Positions 35,101 to 47,700 of a stretch of 64,000 nucleotides of DNA are shown here, piece after piece; the stretch's first letter is position 1, and every line of letters begins with the position of its first letter. The DNA comes from the human T2T-CHM13v2.0 reference genome, Homo sapiens. The notes below the pieces were generated by a model that saw only the letters and a program-made list of their open reading frames with translations, searched no databases and was not told the DNA's origin. The stretch lies in the NCBI RefSeq assembly GCF_009914755.1, contig NC_060925.1; one strand, written 5' to 3'. A program made the position numbers and the translations under genes.

Positions 35101-38100
35101 AGATTTCAGCCGCTTTGAGGTCAATGGTAGAAAAGGAAATATCTTCGTATAAAGACTAGACAGAATGATTCTCAGAAACTCCTTTGTGATGTGTGCGTTC
35201 AACTCACAGAGTTTAACCTTTCTGTTCATAGAGCAGTTAGGAAACACTCTGTTTGTAAAGTCTGCAAGTGGATATTCAGACCTCCTTGAGGCCTTCATTG
35301 GAAACGGCATTTCTTCATATTCTGCTAGACAGAAGAATTCTCAGTAACTTCCTTGTGTTGTGTGTATTCAACTCACAGAGTTGAACGATCCTTTACACAG
35401 AGCAGACTTGAAACACTCTTTTTGTGGAATTTGCAAGTGGAGATTTCAGCCGCTTTGAGGTCAATGGTAGAAAAGGAAATATCTTCGTATAAAGACTAGA
35501 CAGAATGATTCTCAGAAACTCCTTTGTGATGTGTGCGTTCAACTCACAGAGTTTAACTTTTCTTTTCATAGAGCAGTTAGGAAACACTCTGTTTGTAAAG
35601 TCTGCAAGTGGATATTCAGACCTCTTTGAGGCCTTCGTTGGAAACGGGATTTCTTCATATTATGCTAGACAGAAGAATTCTCAGTAACTTCCTTGTGTTG
35701 TGTGTATTCAACTCACAGAGTTGAACGATCCTTTACACAGAGCAGACTTGAAACATTCTTTTTGTGGAATTTGCAAGTGGAGATTTCAGCCGCTTTGAGG
35801 TCAATGGTAGAATAGGAAATATCTTCTTATAGAAACTAGACAGAATGATTCTCATAAACTCCTTTGTGATGTGTGCGTTCAACTCACAGAGTTTAACCTT
35901 TCTTTTCATAGAGCAGTTAGGAAACACTCTGTTTGTAAAGTCTGCAAGTGGATATTCAGACCTCCTTGAGGCCTTCGTTGGAAACGGGATTTCTTCATAT
36001 TCTGCTAGACAGAAGAATTCTCAGTAACTTCCTTGTGTTGTGTTTATTCAACTCACAGAGTTGAATGATCCTTTACACAGAGCAGACTTGAAACACTCTT
36101 TTTGTGGAATTTGCAAGTGGAGATTTCAGCCGCTTTGAGGTCAATGGTAGAAAAGTAAATATCTTCGTATAAAGACTAGACAGAATGATTCTCAGAAACT
36201 CCTTTGTGATGTGTGCGTTCAACTCACAGAGTTTAACCTTTCTGTTCATAGAGCAGTTAGGAAACACTCTGTTTGTAAAGTCTGCAAGTGGATATTCAGA
36301 CCTCCTAGAGGCTTTCGTTGGAAACGGGATTTCTTCATATTCTGCTAGACAGAAGAATTCTCAGTAACTTCCTTGTGTTGTGTGTATTCAACTCACAGAG
36401 TTGAACGATCCTTTACACAGAGCAGACTTGAAACACTCTTTTTGTGGAATTTGCAAGTGGAGATTTCAGCCGCTTTGAGGTCAATAGTAGAAAAGGAAAT
36501 ATCTTCGTAGAAAAACTAGACAGAATGATTCTCAGAAACTCCTTTGTGATGTGTGTGTTCAACTCACAGAGTTTAACCTTTCTTTTCATAGAGCAGTTAG
36601 TAAACACTCTGTTTATAAAGTCTGCAAGTGGATATTCAGACCCCTTTGAGGCCTTCGTTGGAAACGGGATTTCTTCATATTATGCTAGACAGAAGAATTC
36701 TCAGTAACTTCCTTGTGTTGTGTGTATTCAACTGACAGAGTTGAACTTTCATTTAGAGAGAGCAGATTTGAAACACTGTTTTTGTGGAATTTGCAAGTGG
36801 AGATTTCAAGCGCTTTGGGGCCAAAGGCAGAAAAGGAAATATCTTCGTATAAAAACTAGACAGAATCATTCTCAGAAACTGCTGCGTGATGTGTGCGTTC
36901 AACTCTCAGAGTTTAACTTTTCTTTTCATTCAGCGGTTTGGAAACACTCTGTTTGTAAAGTCTGCACGTGGAAATTTTGACCACTTAGAGGCCTTCGTTG
37001 GAAACGGGTTTTTTTCATGTAAGGCTAGACAGAAGAATTCCCAGTAACTTCCTTGGGTTGTGTGCATTCAACTCACAGAGTTGAACGTTCCCTTAGACAG
37101 AGCAGATTTGAAACACTCTATTTGTGCAATTTGCAAGTGTAGATTTCAAGCGCTTTAAGGTCAACGGCAGAAAAAGAAATATCTTCTTTTCAAAACTAGA
37201 CAGAATCATTCCCACAAACTGCGTTGTGATGTGTTCGTTCAACTCACAGAGTTTAACCTTTCTGTTCATAGAGCAGTTAGGAAACACTCTGTTTGTAAAG
37301 TCTGTAAGTGGATATTCTGACATCTTGTGGCCTTCGTTGGAAACGGGATTTCTTCATATTCTGCTAGACAGAAGAATTCTCAGTAACTTCCTTGTGTTGT
37401 GTGTATTCAACTCACAGAGTTGAACGATCCTTTACACAGAGCAGACTTGAAACACTCTTTTTGTGGAATTTGCAAGTGGAGATTTCAGCCGCTTTGAGGT
37501 CAATGGTAGAAAAGGAAACTATCTTCATATAAAGACTAGACAGAATGATTCTCAGAAAATCTTTTGTGATGTGTGCGTTCAACTCACAGAGTTTAACTTT
37601 TCTTCTCATAGAGCAGTTAGGAAACACTCTGTTTGTAAAGTCTGCAAGTGGATATTCAGACCTCTTTGAGGCCTTCGTTAGAAACGGGATTTCTTCATAT
37701 TATGCTAGACAGAATAATTCTCAGTAACTTCCTTCTGTTGTGTGTATTCAACTCACAGAGTTGAAGGATCCTTTACAGAGAGCAGGCTTGAAACACTCTT
37801 TTTGTCGAATTTGCAAGTGGAGATTTCAGCCGCTTTGAGGTCAATGGTAGAATAGGAAATATCTTCTTATAGAAACTAGACAGAATGATTCTCATGAACT
37901 CCTTTGTGATGTGTGCGTTCAACTCACAGAGTTTAACCTTTCTTTTCATAGAGCAGTTAGGAAACACTCTGTTTGTAAAGTCTGCAAGTGGATATTCAGA
38001 CCTCCTTGAGGCCTTCGTTGGAAACGGGATTTCTTCATATTCTGCTAGACAGAAGAATTCTCAGTAACTTCCTTGTGTTGTGTTTATTCAACTCACAGAG

Positions 38101-38743
38101 TTGAATGATCCTTTACACAGAGCAGACTTGAAACACTCTTTTTGTGGAAATTGCAAGTGGAGATTTCAGCCGCTTTGGGGTCAATGGTAGAAAAGTAAAT
38201 ATCTTCGTATAAAGACTAGACAGAATGATTCTCAGAAACTCCTTTGTGATGTGTGCGTTCAACTCACAGAGTTTAACCTTTCTGTTCATAGAGCAGTTAG
38301 GAAACACTCTGTTTGTAAAGTCTGCAAGTAGATATTCAGACCTCCTTGAGGCCTTCGTTGGAAACGGGATTTCTTCATATTCTGCTAGACAGAAGAATTC
38401 TCAGTAACTTCCTTGTGTTGTGTGTATTCAACTCACAGAGTTGAACGATCCTTTACACAGAGCAGACTTGAAACACTCTTTTTGTGGAATTTGCAAGTGG
38501 AGATTTCAGCCGCTTTGAGGTCAATGGTAGAAAAGGAAACTATCTTCGTAGAAAAACTAGACAGAATGATTCTCAGAAACTCCTTTGTGATGTGTGTGTT
38601 CACCTCACAGAGTTTAACCTTTCTTTTCATAGAGCAGTTAGTAAACACTCTGTTTATAAAGTCTGCAAGTGGATATTCAGACCCCTTTGAGGCCTTCGTT
38701 GGAAACGGGATTTCTTCATATTATGCTAGACAGAAGAATTCTC

Positions 38744-41700
38744 AGTAACTTCCTAGTGTTGTGTGTATTCAACTGACAGAGTTGAACTTTCATTTAGAGA
38801 GAGCAGATTTGAAACACTGTTTTTGTGGAATTTGCAAGTGGAGATTTCAAGCGCTTTGGGGCCAAAGACAGAAAAGGAAATATCTTCGTATAAAAACTAG
38901 ACAGAATCATTCTCAGAAACTGCTGCGTGATGTGTGCGTTCAACTCTCAGAGTTTAACTTTTCTTTTCATTCAGCGGTTTGGAAACACTCTGTTTGTAAA
39001 GTCTGCACGTGGAAATTTTGACCACTTAGAGGCCTTCGTGGAAACGGGTTTTTTTCATGTAAGGCTAGACAGAAGAATTCCCAGTAACTTCCTTGTGTTG
39101 TGTGCATTCAACTCACAGAGTTGAACGTTCCCTTAGACAGAGCAGATTTGAAACACTCTATTTGTGCAATTTGCAAGTGTAGATTTCAAGCGCTTTAAGG
39201 TCAATGGCAGAAAAGGAAATATCTTCGTTTTAAAACTAGACAGAATCATTCCCACAAACTGCGTTGTGATGTGTTCGTTCAACTCACAGAGTTTAACCTT
39301 TCTGTTCATAGAGCAGTTAGGAAACACTCTGTTTGTAAAGTCTGTAAGTGGATATTCTGACATATTGTGGCCTTCGTTGGAAAAGGGATCTCTTCATATT
39401 CTGCTAGACAGAAGAATTCTCAGTAACTTCCTTGTGTTGTGTGTATTCAACTCACAGAGTTGAACGATCCTTTACACAGAGCAGACTTGAAACACTCTTT
39501 TTGTGGAATTTGCAAGTGGAGATTTCAGCCGCTTTGAGGTCAATGGTAGAAAAGGAAACTATCTTCATATAAAGACTAGACAGAATGATTCTCATAAACT
39601 CCTTTGTGATGTGTGCGTTCAACTCACAAAGTTTAACTTTTCTTTTCATAGAGCAGTTAGGAAACACTCTGTTTGTAAAGTCTGCAAGTGGATATTCAGA
39701 CCTCTTTGAGGCCTTCGTTGGAAACGGGATTTCTTCATATTATGCTAGACAGAATAATTCTCAGTAACTTCCTTGTGTTGTGTGTATTCAACTCACAGAG
39801 TTGAACGATGCTTTACACAGAGCAGACTTGAAACATTCTTTTAGTGGAATTTGCAAGTGGAGATTTCAGCCGCTTTGAGGTCAATGGTAGAATAGGAAAT
39901 ATCTTCCTATAGAAACTAGACAGAACGATTCTCCGAAACTCCTTTGTGATGTGTGCGTTCAACTCACAGAGTTTAACTTTTCTTTTCATAGAGCCGTTAG
40001 GAAACACTCTGTTTGTAAAGTCTGCAAGTGGATATTCAGACCTCTTTGAGGCCTTCGTTGGAAACGGGATTTCTTCCTATTCTGCTAGACAGAAGAATTC
40101 TCAGTAACTTCCTTGTGTTGTGTGTATTCAACTCACAGAGTTGAACGATCCTTTACACAGAGCAGACTTGAAACACTCTTTTTGTGGAATTTGCAAGTGG
40201 AGATTTCAGCCGCTTTCAGGTCAATAGTAGAAAAGGAAATATCTTCGTAGAAAAACTAGACAGAATGATTCTCAGAAACTCCTTTGTGATGTGTGTGTTC
40301 AACTCACAGAGTTTAACCTTTCTTTTCATAGAGCAGTTAGTAAACACTCTGTTTATAAAGTCTGCAAGTGGATATTCAGACCCCTTTGAGGCCTTCGTTG
40401 GAAACGGGATTTCTTCATATTATGCTAGACAGAAGAATTCTCAGTAACTTCCTTGTGTTGTGTGTATTCAACTGACAGAGTTGAACTTTCATTTAGAGAG
40501 AGCAGATTTGAAACACTGTTTTTGTGGAATTTGCAAGTGGAGATTTCAAGCGCTTTGGGGCCAAAGGCAGAAAAGGAAATATCTTCGTATAAAAACTAGA
40601 CAGAATCATTCTCAGAAACTGCTGCGTGATGTGTGCGTTCAACTCTCAGAGTTTAACTTTTCTTTTCATTCAGCGGTTTGGAAACACTCTGTTTGTAAAG
40701 TCTGCACGTGGATATTTTGACCACTTAGAGGCCTTCGTTGGAAACGGGTTTTTTTCATGTAAGGCTAGACAGAAGAATTCCCAGTAACTTCCTTGTGTTG
40801 TGTGCATTCAACTCACAGAGTTGAACGTTCCCTTAGACAGAGCAGATTTGAAACACTCTATTTGTGCAATTTGCAAGTGTAGATTTCAAGCGCTTTAAGG
40901 TCAATGGCAGAAAAGGAAATATCTTCGTTTTAAAACTAGACAGAATCATTCCCACAAACTGCGTTGTGATGTGTTCGTTCAACTCACAGAGTTTAACCTT
41001 TCTGTTCATAGAGCAGTTAGGAAACACTCTGTTTGTAAAGTCTGTAAGTGGATATTCTGACATATTGTGTCCTTCGTTGGAAACGGGATTTCTTCATATT
41101 CTGCTAGACAGAAGAATTCTCAGTAACTTCCTTGTGTTGTGTGTATTCAACTCACAGAGTTGAACGATCCTTTACACAGAGCAGACTTGAAACACTCTTT
41201 TTGTGGAATTTGCAAGTGGAGATTTCAGCCGCTTTGAGGTCAATGGTAGAAAAGGAAACTATCTTCATATAAAGACTAGACAGAATGATTCTCATAAACT
41301 CCTTTGTGATGTGTGCGTTCAACTCACAAAGTTTAACTTTTCTTTTCATAGAGCAGTTAGGAAACACTCTGTTTGTAAAGTCTGCAAGTGGATATTCAGA
41401 CCTCTTTGAGGCCTTCGTTGGAAACGGGATTTCTTCATATTATGCTAGACAGAAGAATTCTCAGTAACTTCCTTGTGTTGTGTGTATTCAACTCACAGAG
41501 TTGAACGATGCTTTACACAGAGCAGACTTGAAACATTCTTTTTGTGGAATTTGCAACTGGAGATTTCAGCCGCTTTGAGGTCAATGGTAGAATAGGAAAT
41601 ATCTTCCTATAGAAACTAGACCGAACGATTCTCAGAAACTCCTTTGTGATGTGTGCGTTCAACTCACAGAGTTTAACTTGTCTTCTCATAGAGCCGTTAG

Positions 41701-44700
41701 GAAACACTCTGTTTGTAAAGTCTGCAAGTGGATATTCAGACCTCTTTGAGGCCTTCGTTGGAAACGGGATTTCTTCCTATTCTGCTAGACAGAAGAATTC
41801 TCAGTAACTTCCTTGTGTTGTGTGTATTCAACTCACAGAGTTGAACGATCCTTTACACAGAGCAGACTTGAAACACTCTTTTTGTGGAATTTGCAAGTGG
41901 AGATTTCAGCCGCTTTCAGGTCAATAGTAGAAAAGGAAATATCTTCGTAGAAAAACTAGACAGAATGATTCTCAGAAACTCCTTTGTGATGTGTGTGTTC
42001 AACTCACAGAGTTTAACCTTTCTTTTCATAGAGCAGTTAGTAAACACTCTGTTTATAAAGTCTGCAAGTGGATATTCAGACCCCTTTGAGGCCTTCGTTG
42101 GAAACGGGATTTCTTCATATTATGCTAGACAGAATAATTCTCAGTAACTTCCTTGTGTTGTGTGTATTCAACTGACAGAGTTGAACGTTCATTTAGAGAG
42201 AGCAGATTTGAAACACTGTTTTTGTGGAATTTGCAATTGGAGATTTCAAGCGCTTTGGGGCCAAAGGCAGAAAAGGAAATATCTTCGTATAAAAACTAGA
42301 CAGAATCATTCTCAGAAACTGCTGCGTGATGTGTGCGTTCAACTCTCAGAGTTTAACTTTTCTTTTCATTCAGCGGTTTGGAAACATTCTGTTTGTAAAG
42401 TCTGCACGTGGATATTTTGACCACTTAGAGGCCTTCGTTGGAAACGGGTTTTTTTCATGTAAGGCTAGACAGAAGAATTCCCAGTAACTTCCTTGTGTTG
42501 TGTGCATTCAACTCACAGAGTTGAACGTTCCCTTAGACAGAGCAGATTTGAAACACTCTATTTGTGCAATTTGCAAGTGTAGATTTCAAGCGCTTTAAGG
42601 TCAATGGCAGAAAAGGAAATATCTTCGTTTCAAAACTAGACAGAATCATTCCCACAAACTGCGTTGTGATGTGTTCGTTCAACTCACAGAGTTTAACCTT
42701 TCTGTTCATAGAGCAGTTAGGAAACACTCTGTTTGTAAAGTCTGCAAGTGGATATTCAGACCTCCTAGAGGCCTTCGTTGGAAACGGGATTTCTTCATAT
42801 TCTGCTAGACAGAAGAATTCTCAGTAACTTCCTTGTGTTGTGTGTATTCAACGCACAGAGTTGAACGATCCTTTACACAGAGCATACTTGAAACACTCTT
42901 TTTGTGGAATTTGCAAGTGGAGATTTCAGCCGCTTTGAGGTCAATGGTAGAAAAGGAAACTATCTTCATATAAAGACTAGACAGAATGATTCTCAGAAAA
43001 TCTTTTGTGATGTGTGCGTTCAACTCACAGAGTTTAACTTTTCTTCTCATAGAGCAGTTAGGAAACACTCTGTTTGTAAAGTCTGCAAGTGGATATTCAG
43101 ACCTCTTTGAGGCCTTCGTTGGAAACGGGATTTCTTCATATTATGCTAGACAGAATAATTCTCAGTAACTTCCTTGTGTTGTGTGTATTCAACTCACAGA
43201 GTTGAAGGATCCTTTACACAGAGCAGACTTGAAACATCCTTTTTGTGGAATTTGCAACTGGAGATTTCAGCCGCTTTGAGGTCAATGGTAGAATAGGAAA
43301 TATCTTCCTATAGAAACTAGACAGAACGATTCTCAGAAACTCCTTTGTGATGTGTGCGTTCAACTCAAAGAGTTTAACCTTTCTTTTCATAGAGCAGTTA
43401 GGAAACACTCTGTTTGTAAAGTCTGCAAGCGGATATTCAGACCTCTTTGAAGCCGTCGTTGGAAACGGGATTTCTTCATATTATGCTAGACAGAAGAATT
43501 CTCAGTAACTTCCTTGTGTTGTGTGTATTCAACTCACAGAGATGAACGATCGTTTACACAGAGCAGACTTGAAACACTCCTTTTGTGGAATTTGCAACTG
43601 GAGATTTCAGCCGCTTTGAGGTCAATGGTAGAATAGGAAATATCTTCCTATAGAAACTAGACAGAACGATTCTCAGAAACTCCTTTGTGATGTGTGCGTT
43701 CAACTCAAAGAGTTTAACCTTTCTTTTCATAGAGCAGTTAGGAAACACTCTGTTTGTAAAGTCTGCAAGCGGATATTCAGACCTCTTTGAAGCCTTCGTT
43801 GGAAACGGGATTTCTTCATATTATGCTAGACAGAAGAATTCTCAGTAACTTCCTTGTGTTGTGTTTATTCAACTCACAGAGTTGAATGATCCTTTACACA
43901 GAGCAGACTTGAAACACTCTTTTTGTGGAATTTGCAAGTGGAGATTTCAGCCGCTTTGAGGTCAATGGTAGAAAAGTAAATATCATCATATAAAGACTAG
44001 ACAGAATGATTCTCAGAAACTCCTTTGTGATGTGAGCGTTCAACTCACAGAGTTTAACCTTTCTGTTCATAGAGCAGTTAGGAAACACTCTGTTTGAAAG
44101 TCTGCAAGTGGATATTCAGACCTCCTTGAGGCCTTCGTTGGAAACGGGATTTCTTCATATTCTGCTAGACAGAAGAATTCTCAGTAACTTCCTTGTGTTG
44201 TGTGTATTCAACTCACAGAGTTGAACGATCCTTTACACAGAGCAGACTTGAAACACTCTTTTTGTGGAATTTGCAAGTGGAGATTTCAGCCGCTTTGAGG
44301 TCAAAAGTAGAAAAGGAAATATCTTCGTAGAAAAACTAGACAGAATGATTCTCAGAAACTACTTTGTGATGTGTGTGTTCAACTCACAGAGTTTAACCTT
44401 TCTTTTCATAGAGCAGTTAGTAAACACTCTGTTTATAAAGTCTGCAAGTGGATATTCAGACCCCTTTGAGGCCTTCGTTGGAAACGGGATTTCTTCATAT
44501 TATGCTAGACAGAAGAATTCTCAGTAACTTCCTTGTGTTGTGTGTATTCAACTGACAGAGTTGAACTTTCATTTAGAGAGAGCAGATTTGAAACACTGTT
44601 TTTGTGGAATTTGCAAGTGGAGATTTCAAGCGCTTTGGGGCCAAAGGCAGAAAAGGAAATATCTTCGTATAAAAACTAGACAGAATCATTCTCAGAAACT

Positions 44701-47700
44701 GCTGCGTGATGTGTGCGTTCAACTCTCAGAGTTTAACTTTTCTTTTCATTCAGCGGTTTGGAAACACTCTGTTTGTAAAGTCTGCACGTGGAAATTTTGA
44801 CCACTTAGAGGCCTTCGTGGAAACGGGTTTTTTTCATGTAAGGCTAGACAGAAGAATTCCCAGTAACTTCCTTGTGTTGTGTGCATTCAACTCACAGAGT
44901 TGAACGTTCCCTTAGACAGAGCAGATTTGAAACACTCTATTTGTGCAATTTGCAAGTGTAGATTTCAAGCGCTTTAAGGTCAATGGCAGAAAAGGAAATA
45001 TCTTCGTTTTAAAAGTAGACAGAATCATTCCCACAAACTGCGTTGTGATGTGTTCGTTCAACTCACAGAGTTTAACCTTTCTGTTCATAGAGCAGTTAGG
45101 AAACACTCTGTTTGTAAAGTCTGTAAGTGGATATTCTGACATATTGTGGCCTTCGTTGGAAACGGGATCTCTTCATATTCTGCTAGACAGAAGAATTCTC
45201 AGTAACTTCCTTGTGTTGTGTGTATTCAACTCACAGAGTTGAACGATCCTTTACACAGAGCAGACTTGAAACACTCTTTTTGTGGAATTTGCAAGTGGAG
45301 ATTTCAGCCGCTTTGAGGTCAATGGTAGAAAAGGAAACTATCTTCATATAAAGACTAGACAGAATGATTCTCATAAACTCCTTTGTGATGTGTGCGTTCA
45401 ACTCACAAAGTTTAACTTTTCTTTTCATAGAGCAGTTAGGAAACACTCTGTTTGTAAAGTCTGCAAGTGGATATTCAGACCTCTTTGAGGCCTTCGTTGG
45501 AAACGGGATTTCTTCATATTATGCTAGACAGAATAATTCTCAGTAACTTCCTTGTGTTGTGTGTATTCAACTCACAGAGTTGAACGATGCTTTACACAGA
45601 GCAGACTTGAAACATTCTTTTTGTGGAATTTGCAACTGGAGATTTCAGCCGCTTTGAGGTCAATGGTAGAATAGGAAATATCTTCCTATAGAAACTAGAC
45701 AGAACGATTCTCAGAAACTCCTTTGTGATGTGTGCGTTCAACTCACAGAGTTTAACTTTTCTTTTCATAGAGCCGTTAGGAAACACTCTGTTTGTAAAGT
45801 CTGCAAGTGGATATTCAGACCTCTTTGAGGCCTTCGTTGGAAACGGGATTTCTTCCTATTCTGCTAGACAGAAGAATTCTCAGTAACTTCCTTGTGTTGT
45901 GTGTATTCAACTCACAGAGTTGAACGATCCTTTACACAGAGCAGACTTGAAACACTCTTTTTGTGGAATTTGCAAGTGGAGATTTCAGCCGCTTTCAGGT
46001 CAATAGTAGAAAAGGAAATATCTTCGTAGAAAAACTAGACAGAATGATTCTCAGAAACTCCTTTGTGATGTGTGTGTTCAACTCACAGAGTTTAACCTTT
46101 CTTTTCATAGAGCAGTTAGTAAACACTCTGTTTATAAAGTCTGCAAGTGGATATTCAGACCCCTTTGAGGCCTTCGTTGGAAACGGGATTTCTTTATATT
46201 ATGCTAGACAGAAGAATTCTCAGTAACTTCCTTGTGTTGTGTGTATTCAACTGACAGAGTTGAACTTTCATTTAGAGAGAGCAGATTTGAAACACTGTTT
46301 TTGTGGAATTTGCAAGTGGAGATTTCAAGCGCTTTGGGGCCAAAGGCAGAAAAGGAAATATCTTCGTATAAAAACTAGACAGAATCATTCTCAGAAACTG
46401 CTGCGTGATGTGTGCGTTCAACTCTCAGAGTTTAACTTTTCTTTTCATTCAGCGGTTTGGAAACACTCTGTTTGTAAAGTCTGCACGTGGATATTTTGAC
46501 CACTTAGAGGCCTTCGTTGGAAACGGGTTTTTTTCATGTAAGGCTAGACAGAAGAATTCCCAGTAACTTCCTTGTGTTGTGTGCATTCAACTCACAGAGT
46601 TGAACGTTCCCTTAGACAGAGCAGATTTGAAACACTCTATTTGTGCAATTTGCAAGTGTAGATTTCAAGCGCTTTAAGGTCAATGGCAGAAAAGGAAATA
46701 TCTTCGTTTTAAAACTAGACAGAATCATTCCCACAAACTGCGTTGTGATGTGTTCGTTCAACTCACAGAGTTTAACCTTTCTGTTCATAGAGCAGTTAGG
46801 AGACACTCTGTTTGTAAAGTCTGTAAGTGGATATTCTGACATATTGTGGCCTTCGTTGGAAACGGGATTTCTTCATATTCTGCTAGACAGAAGAATTCTC
46901 AGTAACTTCCTTGTGTTGTGTGTATTCAACTCACAGAGTTGAACGATCCTTTACACAGAGCAGACTTGAAACACTCTTTTTGTGGAATTTGCAAGTGGAG
47001 ATTTCAGCCGCTTTGAGGTCAATGGTAGAAAAGGAAACTATCTTCATATAAAGACTAGACAGAATGATTCTCATAAACTCCTTTGTGATGTGTGCGTTCA
47101 ACTCACAAAGTTTAACTTTTCTTTTCATAGAGCAGTTAGGAAACACTCTGTTTGTAAAGTCTGCAAGTGGATATTCAGACCTCTTTGAGGCCTTCGTTGG
47201 AAACGGGATTTCTTCATATTATGCTAGACAGAATAATTCTCAGTAACTTCCTTGTGTTGTGTGTATTCAACTCACAGAGTTGAACGATGCTTTACACAGA
47301 GCAGACTTGAAACATTCTTTTTGTGGAATTTGCAACTGGAGATTTCAGCCGCTTTGAGGTCAATGGTAGAATAGGAAATATCTTCCTATAGAAACTAGAC
47401 AGAACGATTCTCAGAAACTCCTTTGTGATGTGTGCGTTCAACTCACAGAGTTTAACTTTTCTTTTCATAGAGCCGTTAGGAAACACTCTGTTTGTAAAGT
47501 CTGCAAGTGGATATTCAGACCTCTTTGAGGCCTTCGTTGGAAACGGGATTTCTTCCTATTCTGCTAGACAGAAGAATTCTCAGTAACTTCCTTGTGTTGT
47601 GTGTATTCAACTCACAGAGTTGAACGATCCTTTACACAGAGCAGACTTGAAACACTCTTTTTGTGGAATTTGCAAGTGGAGATTTCAGCCGCTTTCAGGT

